Below, piece by piece: positions 14,150 to 26,850 of a stretch of DNA of 64,000 nt. The first letter of the stretch is position 1. Each line of letters begins with the position of its first letter. A program made the position numbers and the translations under genes. This stretch comes from Lama glama (Eukaryota): assembly GCA_028534125.1 (NCBI GenBank), contig CM052817.1, positions 65,040,001 through 65,104,000 of the forward strand. The letters are read 5' to 3'. The notes under the pieces were generated by a model. That model was not told the DNA's origin, searched no databases, and saw only the letters and a program-made list of their open reading frames with translations.

Positions 14150-14499
14150 CCCTGTATATATCCTTCCAATAGCCCTAATTAATAAGTCAATAAGAAAAGT
14201 ATTGACAGGTTTTAAGATCTCCTCATGTTCAATATTCTCTATTCCTTGAAAAATGGAACCGCCTAGCTAACGCAAGGCAAAATGATATCCTCGTTTTGAA
14301 CAATCAGAGTAGTGAAAAGGACATTTGTCTAATAGCATTTGCATATGAGAGCAACAGAATGCTGCCCTGGGAATTAGGAGTCTGCGTTTGCTGCCGACCA
14401 GCTCTGTGACCTTGGTAAATTGCAGAAGAGCATAATGGTCACCTGTGTACGTTCTGGAGATGGTGTACAGACTTGGTTTCAACAATTCATTCTACAGCT

Positions 14500-14650
14500 C
14501 TGGAAGAGTCATTTAATGTCTGAGCACAAATTTTCTCATTTGTAAAATAAAGATTCTAATAATCTAGCTTTTAAGGTCATTGTAAGAAGTATATGAAAAT
14601 AATGTATGTAAAACAGTTATCTCGTTGCCTGGCATGTAATATGCTCCAAC
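14500..14650 (+). mobile_element. MIR
   Basis: TTTTCTCATTTGTAAAAT...TTGTAAGAAG...AATGTATGTAAAAC...TGCCTGGCATGTA. Confidence 0.65.
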
Positions 14651-14680
14651 GTGTTCATGCGCATTGCAGATATCTTTTCT

Positions 14681-15057
14681 TGTGCTCCCCTTTACTCCCC
14701 CAAAATTCACATGTTGAAGTCCTAACCCCCAGTACCTCAGAATAGGACTATTTCGAGAGAAGGCCTTTAAAGGGGTGATTAAATTAAAATGAAGTAATAA
14801 GAGTGAAGCCTAGTTCAATATGAGTGGTGTTCTTATAGGAAGAGAAGATTAGGACACACACAAGCACAGAGGGAAGCTGATGTGAAGACACAGGGAGCAG
14901 ACGGCTGTCTACCAGCCAAGGAGAGAGGCTTCAGAAGAAACCAACTCTGCTGACACTCTGATCTCACACTTCTAACCTCCAGAGTCATAGGAAAATCTGT
15001 TGTTTAAGCCACCTAGTCCGTGGTACTTTGTTATGGCAATTCTAGCAATCTAAAACA
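14681..15057 (+). mobile_element. MaLR LTR (MLT1A/B)
   Basis: CAAAATTCACATGTTGAAGTCCTAACCCCCAGTACCTCAGAAT...GTTTAAGCCACCTAGTCCGTGGTACTTTGTTATGGCA. Confidence 0.88.
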
Positions 15058-15515
15058 CCTCCTAAAGATGATAACATCCCAATTTAAATAAACAACTTGA
15101 GACAGAGTAGCAACGTACTATAATCTGTTGTTTGGTTAATTATTTAGTTTGATCTATACCTGATTCTCATGCATAATTCTCACACATAAACAAGAAAATA
15201 TCATGCAAAATGTTTCTATTCAAGAGATCTCTGTAGCAAGCAAATGTTTGAATGTCTCAGAATTAGTGGGTTTCTAATTATGTTGACCAAAATTACATTA
15301 TTTTTGAGCTATGCAATCTTAAACTCACCTAGGGGGAGGCAGATTTCAATTTTTTCATTAACACCTGATTCTTCATCTCAACAAGTTAAAAAAAAATTCT
15401 GCACTTCAGAGAGCTGTTTATACACTCTATGACAAAACAGAATTTCTTGTAGCCAGACAGGCAGGAAGGTGCCTCTTAGAAGAAATGGCTGTTGTCAAGA
15501 AGGATTTCCTCAGCA

Positions 15516-15642
15516 GGGAGGGGGTAACTCAGCAGTAGAGTGCATGCTTAGCATGCACAAGGCCCTGGATTCAATCCCCAGTACCTCTGTTAAAAAAAAA
15601 AAAAAACCCTAATAACCTCCTCTCCAAAAATTAAAAGAAAAA
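15516..15642 (+). mobile_element. Vic-1-like SINE
   Basis: tRNA-like head, A-tail and CCTAATAACCTCC. Imperfect TSD AAGAAGGATTTCCTC / AAGAAGTCGGATTTCTTC. Confidence 0.88.
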
Positions 15643-17844
15643 GAAGTCGGATTTCTTCTTCCCTGTCACCCTCAGTTGCTGGGACTACGCTCCGCCCGGG
15701 CCTCTGGGTTCAGGTGCTAATGAGCTCTAGTGCATGAACGACCACCCAGTGGGGCTCTGCATCCAGGGAACTGCTGCCCTTGTCCTGAATCTGTCACCCC
15801 TGTGATAGATTAGCTTTTGATAAAGCACCCAGTTAAGGGAGGGCGGAGTATTTCAGTGACTCCAGTCAAAAGCTCAAGGCTTCAACTTCAGTCCATTAGA
15901 CTAAGAGGTCCTTTCCCCTCAACTGCCTGATGACAGACACAAGTTATCTGCAAATGCCTAACTGGTTTTCAGAGAGACTAGGGTAGCTCCACCTCCTACA
16001 TTTCCAGAGGAGCCTGTCAGTGACTCTCACTGAAGAACCAACTATCAGCCTGGCTCAGGTGTCAGTTTCCTCTAAAAAGACAGCAGAAGTGCAAGAAAAT
16101 TAAACTAAATTAAGTAAAAAAATAAGATAAAATAACATAGGCAATCTTGCCACGCTAAGTGGCAGCCACAGCTAAAACTAACACCAGAGCAAATATGCTG
16201 TAAAACGTAGTAAGCCTCCTCTCTCAAGAAAAAGACATGATAATTTCTGATGTCTCTCATTTGGGACACACACCAGAGATCTGGAAAACAAAAAGAGCTT
16301 GAGACATCCAAGCTAATGGAAGTTTGAAAAAAGCCCAGCAGCACGGCATGTACAGGAAGGACGAAAATATCAAACCAGTAAATGCTGAGTGCCAAAGCAC
16401 CTCATTACCTTAAGCCCCGGTTTAGCCTGTCAGCTCCACTATGCCACATGCTTTGACTGAATGCAGGTTGGGGTATCTGGGTCTCCTGTAGCATCAACCT
16501 CCCTGTGACTTCTGAACTTGGTTCTCTTCTACTCCCCTCCTATTAGCTGGGGCAAAGGGATGAGAGCTGAGGTTGGAGGGGGCATGAACTGCTTCTCTGG
16601 CTGTCAGGGAAACAGCTGTTTCCTCCTAGCTGGCATTGGATTTCAATCTGAAAATTTTTGTCACGATGCTCTACCTCTTTTCCAGCTTTCCAAATTTGGA
16701 TTCTATAAACGTTTGGGTATTTTTCATTACTAGAGAACATAGCTACATTGATTTACTTTTTAAATAGCCTTTCAAACTAGCTGAAATCATTTAGTGCTGT
16801 CATCTGAGAATTCTAGTTTGAGGGTTGTTTTGTTCTCCAAGGAGCCAAATGAGAGTTCCCAACCCATATTACAAATTTATGGGAAAGTTGCCTGTGACTC
16901 TGAACATCCAACTTTACTTCCAATCAAATGAAAAGGAAGGTCAGGGGAAAAGAGGGTTTAACTCCTGAGTCTTTGGAATGTTAGCTCAGCATACAAAATT
17001 CCTACCAGTATTTCCTCCTTTTCCAGCGACTGTTGCAGTGAAGTGTCTGATGACTGTAATATGAACAGTTTTAATAATCTTCTCCAAAGGTGTGATTGTA
17101 ATTCAAATTCAAACATCTACTCTTCCCAGCGCTGACTTCTTTCATGCTTGCTTAATTTCATTCTTGCCTTGTGGGACTGTAGATATTTTAATATGAATCA
17201 AATGCAATAGGATACAATTTTGCCTTGATAAAGAACTGCTCTACAGCACGGCCCAACTCAGAGCCATCTAACAGCCTTGAAGAATCTTCCCCACGGGGAC
17301 CTACCCCATCCTCCTACGTATCCTATAGCATCATGTTTGTCCATCTATAACAGCACTCAACACAGAGGAAATGTCTCTCGACACTCGATTATAAAACTCC
17401 TTGAGGAGAGAAATAGTACATGGTTCTTCTCTGCATTCTCGGGGCTCAGCACAGTCCCTGGAATCCGGGTGCTGTTAATCCTTACTGAAATGAATTTTCA
17501 AGGCTCTACCCGAAGCCAAAGACACCATTGGATTTTATAAAAACTCTTCCATGATCAAGGTGCTAAAAATTTAAGACCATCTCAAGACAATGTTTATACA
17601 CGTTCTTCCATCTTTGGGATGATTTTCTATAAAGTTGCAGTAACAGTCTCAGATCTGTAATATGATGCTTATCAGAGCCGTTGTCCTTGGGATTAATAAA
17701 AATTATTGAGGGAAGAATAGATGTCAAGATCCTCGCAACTCTGCAGGCCGGAAGGGAGTGGCACAATGTATTTAAAGGCCCTTGCAACCCTGAAAGCCAC
17801 AGTTATAAAAAGGGTGGCTAGAGCACGTTAAGGACCTTCTCAGT

Positions 17845-17866
17845 TCTCTCTCTCTCTCTCTCTCTC
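17845..17866. repeat. (TC)n microsatellite
   Basis: About 11 TC units read directly. Confidence 0.85.
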
Positions 17867-19929
17867 GATTTCATCAAGAAGGGCAAGAATCAAAAAGAAT
17901 CAAATCAATCTCTGCCTTGTATGCTTATCTCCACGACCATGAAGTTTTCTCAGGGGTGCCTGCTCAGTCACATATATTTGTGACACCTGAAAAGGGCTTA
18001 TTATTTTAGAATTTGACCATGCCTTGTCTTAACATGTTAAGTAAGGCCTCATTAAATAAAATGTACAATTTACAGCACCTATAATTTTCCATTTAAACTC
18101 ACAGCATATGAAAGCCAGCACACATGACTATGTCTTAGAGGTACAAAATTTCTTCTAAAATATGGCTTTATTAATTAGAGCTGGATCATTGTCAGGTTTT
18201 GGCTACATTTGGGAAGATATCAGCCTCATCATCACAAACAAGAATGGAGAAATGGATTTCTCTATCAACAGCTTTCCTTTGAAATAACATATAAACGGTT
18301 ATCTGCATAAAGACAAAAACATTTTTTTAAATGTATAATCTACTATTTGCCAGGTACAATGTTAGATGCTAGATGGTAGCTATCACTAATGTTTTCCTAC
18401 TCAAAATCCAGTTTTCCTGGCCGTACTTCCTTATTAATTTTGTTCAAGGTAACAAAGTGCTGGGTTAAAATCTCAGCCTCCTGGAGTCTCTCCGAAATGG
18501 AGGTGACAGAGTGACACCGACATGGACAATGAAATATAAACTAAGAGTTTCCGGGAGGCCATCCTTATGCACTTAAGCCATTGGGGGGATGTTCTCTGTT
18601 ACTTGCAGCTGAATGAATTTCCGACAAGTTGAAGCGTAGCAGTTATCTGCCAGAGGAATGACAGGGCTTAAAAGTTGACGTCTTATATCCTGAACCTTTT
18701 ATCTCTAGACCGACCTGAAATCTTCTCCGTGGGTGGATGAATGAGAAGAATTGAGGAAATACACCTTCTCCTGTTTTAGGGAAGGAAGAGGATTATGGGC
18801 CATATGATTACCACTAGGCCTAAGACACAGCGTGGGTGTTTGCTGTAAGGCAGTGTGTGTGCTGGTGGACCCGTTCGGGACTGTGTTCTGTGAAGGGGAA
18901 AGAAGCGAAGTTAGAAGTGGAGGATCAGTTCCCACAGTGCTGGGAGACTCCTCCTGGGTGGCAACCTGGCCCTTCCCGGGGAGGCAACACCATCATCACA
19001 GGAGGCATTTCCTATTTCTCTAAATCCAGATTTCCTTACAGATGCTGCCATTTGTGCCCTTGAAGAGAAGGCAGTGCGGGACAAGAAATTCCTTATTTGC
19101 AAACAAACGATGGCTAAAAGCCCGAACAACCTGTAGAGGAGTATTTGGTTTGGGCAGAGGGGATGACGCTAACTGAAGTGAGATGGAGCTACATTACTGC
19201 GTTTCCTGCTTCTCTTTGGAAGTCACTTCGTTGTGACTTCCCTGGATCATCTTTGTAACAATCACTCACCTTTGAGAAGCAGAGCCCCTCCCACAGTGTC
19301 AGGTCGGGCACTGGAAGGGCCAGCTTTTGAGGAGCCAGGATCCTCTATAGGGAGCAACCTCATCTCAGTGACAAAGAGATAATACGCGCCTCCAGCTGGC
19401 CTGACGGGTGTTCCGGACCTCAGACAGCTGCTTCCGGATGCATTCCCACCTTTCACAGCCCTTCGGCGGAAATATTTACTGGCTCACTCGTGGGGTAGAA
19501 AATCTTTCCAATTAAGCAAGTCATTGTAGAGACACCAGGTGGGAGCTGGCAAAGTTTCCTGGAGGAGCCCACCTCAAATGGCAGCCTGAGTCCACGCGGA
19601 GGGCAAGGGGGCTTCTGTGCGCATCAGGTGCCTTCAGTCACCCACGTGGGACTAGGGTGCCTAGGATGGGGTCCTGTCCATTTTTTCTTTACTATTTCAT
19701 TTCTGGTGTTGGATTCTTTAACTTTTTCAACCCATAACTGTAAATAGTCCCCTGGAGACTGATATATCTGTAATCACTCAAGATGTGTATAAATAAATAC
19801 ACTTATAGTACTTTCCGAATGGCTCAAAGATAGGAAACATAAAAAAGAAAGGACTGACAGGAACCATGCTTAGTAACTAATTTGTCTTGCCTAATTATAG
19901 CTTTTCTAATTTCCCTACATTTTTCTGCT

Positions 19930-20067
19930 CTTTTTTTCCTTTTCCTACTTTTTTTAGGTGGGGGGTAGTAATTAGGTTTATTTATTTTAATGGAGGTACT
20001 GGGTATTGAACCCAGGACCTCGTGCATGCTAAAGCATGCCCTCTACCATTGAGCTATACCCTCCCCC
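19930..20067 (-). mobile_element. Vic-1-like SINE
   Basis: Same consensus on the minus strand; TSD TTCTGCTCTTT on both sides. Confidence 0.9.
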
Positions 20068-21934
20068 ACTTCTGCTCTTTCAACGTGGATACGAGCTTGG
20101 CTTCTAAAGGCAGAGATTTGAGTCCTGGCATTTCCATTTATTAGCTATCTATGCCTTTAAGTTATTTAATATCTCTAAGTTTTCCTCATGTATATATAGT
20201 GATAATTCTAGAAACAAAAGAGGATTAAGTGAAAGGCTGAGCACGCTAAAGATACACTAAAAAAAAGAGAGAGAGAGAGAAAGGACTGGATTGAAATAAA
20301 AAACTGAGTCTTAGGAAAGGGTCTTGCTGCTTAGTTTAAAGAGCAGGCTTTTTTTTCCTCTCCATCACCTGCCTACTGGTGTGGGCCAATTCGTCTTGCC
20401 AAGGCCAGTGACTCAGCAGACTGTGCACCCAGCAGCTACTGAATGACACCCTGTGCACTGTCATTGTGGGTCTCTGCAGTCTTATGAGCAGTGGAGTGAC
20501 CAATGAGGCGTTGTGTCTTTGTTCTTGCTGTTCCCGTCTTGAAACGCCTGCCCACTGCTGTGTGCATTTTCTGCACGTTTCCACGCTGCCTCTTTATTGT
20601 AAAGTAACACAGTAAAGTGCTCCTAGAGGGGCCTCCTGCCGTCTTCAGTCTCAAGCCTGCAATTTTCTCATCTGACTTGGCATTTGGAACAGCTGGATGG
20701 CTCCAACCCCTGGCAAACGTTGTTTAGAACTGTGCACTAGAGTTATGCTGCTTTGTGATATGATTAAGTGAAAGCATATGCTTTCTCTTTTGTTGACTTT
20801 CTCTGTGCTCAGAGCTGAAATCAACCCAATCAGTAAAATCCTGATGCAGCAGCAGATAAACCCCAAGGCTTCCTACTGTTAACTGTGAAAAGCCCACACT
20901 CAGCTCCCTAGATACCCTTGGGGGAGTTTACCCTTTACCTGGAGACCATGATTTTCCCTCCATGTTGAAAAGCACGGGATTGCCATTAGATGGAGCTCAA
21001 TGAAAGAAAGAATTGAGGATGGGCTATTTCTGGATTAGAAAGTGGTTTTTCCTGGAAAGTCTCTGGGAACTGTTAAAGGGGCACGTTTCACCCTGGTATG
21101 TGATTTTACAGAGGACATCTCTGTATCAACCCAGCAGACATCTCTCTGACATTAAGTGATCTGTGCAAGCCCGTAAGCATGAACATCAGAGAGGGAACTG
21201 GTAAGAGTGAAATATAAGGCCCCAGAAAATGGTATCAAAATCAAATAGAGTAATCTAATTTATATGACATCAGAGTGCAGAGTATACAAGCAAATTTGGA
21301 GTCTTTATAATTAGTAAAAGGAAATCTATCTAGCTTGCTCCCACGTTCTTGCTCCTTAGTCAGCCACACCACCATCTCACACACGGAGAAAAGTAGAGTC
21401 ACAGAGAGGTGTAGCCTGACAAAAGAAAGGTAATCCAGTGTTTACAGTTACAAGATCACTTCCAGTCTTGACTTGTGTGATGGTGGCGCGATGGCTGGGC
21501 CAGCCACACAGCCAAGCAAGATTGCTCTCTTTTGCTTTATGGGTGCAGTCAAATTAGAATGCACATGATCCTGGGTACTAGGGAAAAAATGTATGTGTCA
21601 TGGGAAAAATACATCCCTTCTAAGGGTCACAGGGGAAAAAAAACCCTGAAGATTTTTGTTAACACCAAACCAGTAAGATAATTTAATTCTGTCATAACTG
21701 TTTATACTCTACTGAGTGACACTGAGGATTTGTGAAGGAAATTTCATGTACACACTTCTGTGTGAAGAGGTTGTATACCACCATAGAGCTCAATACAACA
21801 AGGGGAAGAAAATAAAAATAAATCATTTCACTGCATTATTTATACCTGTACTAAACCAAGGTACATGATTTGTACACTTTAAGCATTTAAAAAATGAATT
21901 TGGTTCTATGAACTCATCTGTACCAGTTAGTTGT

Positions 21935-22770
21935 TTATTTTTTTAATTGAAGTAGGGTTGATTTTCAATGTTGTGTTAGTTTCTGGTGTACAGCATAGTG
22001 ATTCAGTTATACATATATATACATATTCTTTTTCATTATAGTTTATTACAAGGTATTGAATATAATTCCCTGTGCTATAATGCAGGACTTTGTTATTTAT
22101 CTGTTTTATATATCATAGTTTGTATCTTATAATCTCAAGCTCCTAATTTATCACTGCTCCTCTTTTCCCTTTTGGTAGCCATAAGTTTATTTTCTATGTC
22201 TGTGAGTCTGTTTATGTTTTGCAAATAAGTTCACTTGTATCATATTTTAGATTGCACATATAAATGATATCATATGGTATTTGTCTTTCTCTGTCTGACT
22301 TACTCCATTTAGTATGATAATCTCTAGGTCCATCCATGTTGCTGCAAATGGCATTATTTCAGTCTTTTTAATGGCTGAGTAGTATTCCATTGTGTAGATA
22401 TAGCTCATCTTCTTTGTCCATTCATGTTTGAGTGGACATTTAGGTTGTTTCCATGCCTTGACTATTGTAAATATCCTAATATAAACATTGGGGTGCATGT
22501 ATCTTTTCAAATTAGAGTTTTCTCTGGATGTATTCCCAGAAGTGGGATTGCTGGATCACATGATAGTTCTATTTTTAGTTTTTAAAGGAATCTTAAGAAA
22601 CTTTCCCATAGTGGCCACATCAAATTGCATTCCCACCAACAGTGTAGGAAGGTTCCCTTTTCTTCACACCCTCTCCAGCATTTATGGTTTGTGGGCTTTT
22701 TAATGATGGCCATTCTGACTGATGTGAGGTGATACTTCATTGGAGTTTTGATTTGTATTTCTCTTATACC
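21935..22770 (-). mobile_element. L1 3' portion (ORF2 C-terminus remnant plus 3'UTR)
   Basis: Minus-strand translations MAIIKKPTNHKCWRGCEEKGTFLHCWWEC and WKQPKCP...MEYYSAIKK...FAATWMDLE are L1 ORF2 C-terminal motifs, frameshifted. Confidence 0.93.
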
Positions 22771-23954
22771 AATCAAAATATGTTTCAATTGCCATGGGAG
22801 AGTCTTTATTACATTATTAAGAATAATTTCACAGAAAAAACATTTTTTTAGAGAGTGAATAATTAAACTGTAGTAAATCTTTTTACATAAATAGAAGTTC
22901 ATGTACCAAGTATGCATAATATTAGATATTCCACACAATGTAGTAAATTGTGACACATCTACACATATGGCAGGTGTTTCCAGTTTGGCTGACTAGCTCT
23001 TGCTCTCCAGAAAGAAGTCCCAGAGATCCTCAAAGATTCTTAAGATCTAAACTCCTCCACTAGACTTCAAATGACAACCCCATTTGCTTACATCCTGCTT
23101 TCTACTCTGAAAATGACCTGGTCTAGAGTCTATTTATATCCAAAAACAAAGGCAGGAAGGTATCAGGAAACAACAGACTTATTAATGAATCTCCAGGAAG
23201 ATATTTCCTTCCAAAGAATCAGGGAATAACGCTCAAGGGGCAGGAGAGCAAGACACAAGAAGAGGAAGAGGACAATGTAGCGTAATGAAAGCAGTGTCTG
23301 ACACTCGTCTGTGATGCAGCATTAGGTTCACCAGGGAGTGCCTGGGTGGAATATTAATTTGGGTTTCTAGGCCTGCATTTACCCTCTTTAAAAAAGAAAG
23401 ATTCTCCAGAACTCAGTGACTAACTGGAGAGTGAGAGAAAGAAAAGGATCAGGAGGCTATGGGATTCCTGACGTGCATCACCAGTGGAAGCTGGAGCTGT
23501 TCACTGCGATCAGGGTGGTCACTTGTACAAGTTCAGTGCAGGTTGGTAAATGCAGAGCATGTCTGTGTGTGTTGGGTAAAGGGCAGTGTTCTAGAGTAGA
23601 AGCACTATGGGTTTGTATTTACATAATGCTCTGTAGTTCTCGAAGTATTTTCAAAAACACTATCCCTTCTGATACAGCAACCCAATAAAATAGGTAAGTT
23701 AGTCATCAACAGCCTTGTTTTAGAGGTACGAAAACTGAAGCTTCAAATGCTCAAATGATTTTCCAGAGGTCACAGGGGAAATAGGTGGTGAGCGGGGCTT
23801 GAATTTAGTCTGCTGACTCTAAACCTGTAGACCACTGAATTTAGTATTTAATTATTCTCCGTAACTTCATGAGTGTTGGCTAGGTTGCTGTTTTGCAATT
23901 AGAGTATGCAGTCTCTGAAGCAGAGGGTGATAGTATATATTTAGTCCCAGAGTT

Positions 23955-24152
23955 TTTTTACTCTTAGCAGTATTGACCTTTGGGTCAGAGGCTGTCCCGT
24001 GCATTGTACATGCATCCTGTGCATCCCTGGCCTCTACCCACAAAACCACTAAATGCCAGTAGCATTCTCCAAGCTGTGACAAGTAAATATGCAATCAGTC
24101 ATTGCCAAATACTCCCTGGAGGGCAAATCACCCCTGGTTGAAAATCAGTGAT
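23955..24152 (-). mobile_element. MER20
   Basis: AGTATTGACCTTTGGG...GCATCCCTGGCCTCTACCCAC...AATGCCAGTAGCA...GGTTGAAAATCAGTG. Confidence 0.8.
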
Positions 24153-24559
24153 TTAGTCGCTTCACTGTCCTGTGCACAGAGGAGAAGCCCAATAAATTCT
24201 TGGGGATTGACTGAAGACTAATATGCATTCTGAAATGTTTTTAATAGAAATCGATCAAACGATGAAGTTAAATTGGAGTGTAAGGCCAAGGACGTTGCCT
24301 TTTTAGCATCTGGAATGGTGTCCAAGAAGTCGGGGAGGTTGTGATGGTGACTGTCCTTGTGCTGATTAGCAGACTAGTTTTATAGGCTCAGTTTGGAAAG
24401 AAAAGAGGGACATTGCTTCTTTCAAAAGTAGGGGTGTGCACAGTCCTGCATCTCCCTGCACACAGCAGCAGTGAGTCTTCAGTAGAGGATGCCCTCTTGT
24501 ATATTTCATTTGTTTAGACATCCTTGCCACCCGGAAGAGCTCATTGAAGGGCTAGGAGT

Positions 24560-24750
24560 AGAAGGAGCCCAGGACTTGAGCACCTTGGGAGCGGAGTCTA
24601 TTTCTATCTGTGCTACTAATCGAGTAGTAAGACCTTTGGGAGGTCACTGCCCTTCTCTGAACTCAGAGTCCTCATTCATAAAATGAGGAGGTTGGAATGT
24701 ATTATCTCATAGGTACCTTCCGAGTTGAACATTTATTTATGATTCTATGA
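24560..24750 (+). mobile_element. MIR/MIR3
   Basis: GACCTTTGGGAGGTCACTGCCCTTCTCTGAACTCAGAGTCCTCATTCATAAAATGAGG...TATGATTCTATGA. Confidence 0.65.
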
Positions 24751-25093
24751 TACAGGTCCTCAGTCCTCCATTTGCAAACCTGGAGATTTCATGTGTTCCT
24801 AAATTCAAACTTTTCACATTCTTTCAAAGATAAGAAAGTGCATAAACTAGTTTTTATAAAACTTCCAATTAGGGGCTGAGGCAATACCCCCAAATGAAGC
24901 ACATTAATATTTCTGAAGTAAGATGGATGACAGTCCACACTCAGTGATATAAATTAAGATGATTAACAGCCTTGTATCAGTTCAGGTAAGATTTTGTTGC
25001 CAAATGAGTTTGCTGCAAACACAAATAAAAACTCTTTTGGTTTTCAGGCCACTTTAAACTTCAGAATTGTGGATGTGCAATTGTGTATGTGTA
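24751..25093. mobile_element. TcMar-Tigger-like element (MamRep434-like, uncertain)
   Basis: TA-flanked; internal GGCAATACCCC...CACATTAATATTTCTG and TTTTGGTTTTCAG...GAATTGTGGAT recalled from Tigger-type elements. Confidence 0.45.
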
Positions 25094-26554
25094 CTCAATT
25101 CTGATTATGGATAAGTAATTAATAAATCATGTTATAGATAAGGAAAGTCTGCTAAATAAGTCTAGGGTTTATTTTTTAACCCTTTGGGAGATACAGTTTC
25201 ATTAAAATATAAAAAAGTCTTTTCTTAATATTTATTCTTTTGGTTTCCAAATTTCAAAGCTAACATAATAGGCATTCTTTTCAGGTCTTGATTTTTATTC
25301 TAATATTTCATTATGATGCAAAAAATTATTATCCCAGGAAATGTGTATGGGAAAAGTATGAATGAAAATGAAATAAATTCCTTCTTTATCTCGATGTAAA
25401 AGCAAATAATAAATTTCCTGAAAATATTAACTGAATGAAAACGTACCAAAATAAATGTAACACAAACAATTTAACAAATAAAATATTGTTTGTTTGTTTG
25501 ATGTTATATTAATTAGGGTCATATTAACCTGTAGTTTGGTAAAATGAAAAGGGAAAATAAGTCAATACATATTGTTCCAGCGCGATGCTACCAGAAAGAT
25601 CAGTGGATCCCTAGGGGCACAGACCTCAGGCTCTCACGTTGGACTCGAGTCTGGATCGGGCAGGTCTCTGTTTCCCAAATGACTATTAATAGTGCTGCCA
25701 ACCGCGGCACTTTCCTTCATTCACTCAGCACTTTCTGTCACTCATGAATAATACTCTCTAACGGAAAAACACCACTGGAGCAAGTGTGTTAAAAACTCTT
25801 CACCGAATAGAACACGTGAGCTCTATACCGAAAGGGAAACTAGGGCGATGCGAGCCCGCAGTGAACATCCTCCGGTCTGAGGGTCCGGAGCTACGAGCAG
25901 GGTGCAATTGTCTCCTGCTCTCTGTGAGCAGTCGAGTGTGAGGCTGAAACTATGCATTTTAAGCCAGAGAGAAATCAAGAGAGAAAGCATGGGTAGGCGG
26001 GGCCGCAGGGGGAGGAAGGGAAAGAGGGAGGGAAACGTTTGTGAAATGGTGCTGGTTATGGAAATTTTCATCTCATCTCATTCATTACTCTGATGATGAT
26101 GATAATAACTGTCAGTCACTGTGCTGGGTGTGGGGAGTACAAGGATGAACGATGAACAACACATTTGCAACTTAGAGCTTAAGTTGCAAGTAACAAGTAA
26201 GCAAAAAATAAAATTTCAGATAATCCTGCGAAGGGAAAGCAACTGTGTAATCAAAAAGCAACTGTGTAATTGAATGGCACAAAATAGGATGCTTCCCATG
26301 GGACTGTCAGGGAAGGCCTTTCTAGGAGGTGAGAGTTAGACTGAATCCTGAAGGGGGGAGAAGACGTTGGCCACTAGAGGCATTCCCTGTGCCAAAGCCA
26401 GAGGGCTCAGGAGAGACAGGAGTAGGGAGGAATGCAGGAGGAGACGGGATCCTGGGCTGCAGGGTAAGTCATGGTGCGGAGGCTGTCCTTTATGGCAGGG
26501 ATGATGAGAAGGCCCCTGAAGGGCTTAAATAAAGGAGAAAGGATCTGCATATTT

Positions 26555-26707
26555 TATTTTAAGTTTCTTTTTTAAAAAATTTTCTTTTGATGGGGAGGTA
26601 ATTAGGTTTCTATTTATCTGTTTATTTAAATGGAGGTAATGGACATTCAGTCAACCCAGACCCTCATGCAAGCTAAGCACACGCTCTACCACTGAGCTAT
26701 ATCCTCC
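26555..26707 (-). mobile_element. Vic-1-like SINE
   Basis: GGGGAGGTAATTAGGTTT...CTCTACCACTGAGCTATATCCTCC. Confidence 0.88.
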
Positions 26708-26738
26708 TTAGGCCTCTTGAATTTAAAACAAACATTCT

Positions 26739-26850
26739 GGGGGTAGGCTAATAGCTCAGTGGTAGAGCGCATGCTTAACATGCATGAGGTCCTAGGTTCA
26801 ATCCCTGGTACCTCCATTAAAAATATATATATATACAGAAAAAAATAAAT
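26739..26850 (+). mobile_element. Vic-1-like SINE (short-tail form)
   Basis: ATAGCTCAGTGGTAGAGCGCATGCTTAACATGCATGAGGTCCTAGGTTCAATCCC plus an A/AT tail. Confidence 0.9.

Noticed and set aside
22247..22956. ORFs with L1 ORF2 motifs (also at 38390 and 63712)
   Set aside because: Fragments of truncated, frameshifted L1 copies, not host genes.
26165..26270. 10-bp hairpin (26165-26189) and 16-bp direct repeat (26236-26270)
   Set aside because: Small local events inside an L2 remnant, with no evidence of function.
26368..26386. CTCF-like CCACTAGAGGCA
   Set aside because: One base is missing from the core spacing.
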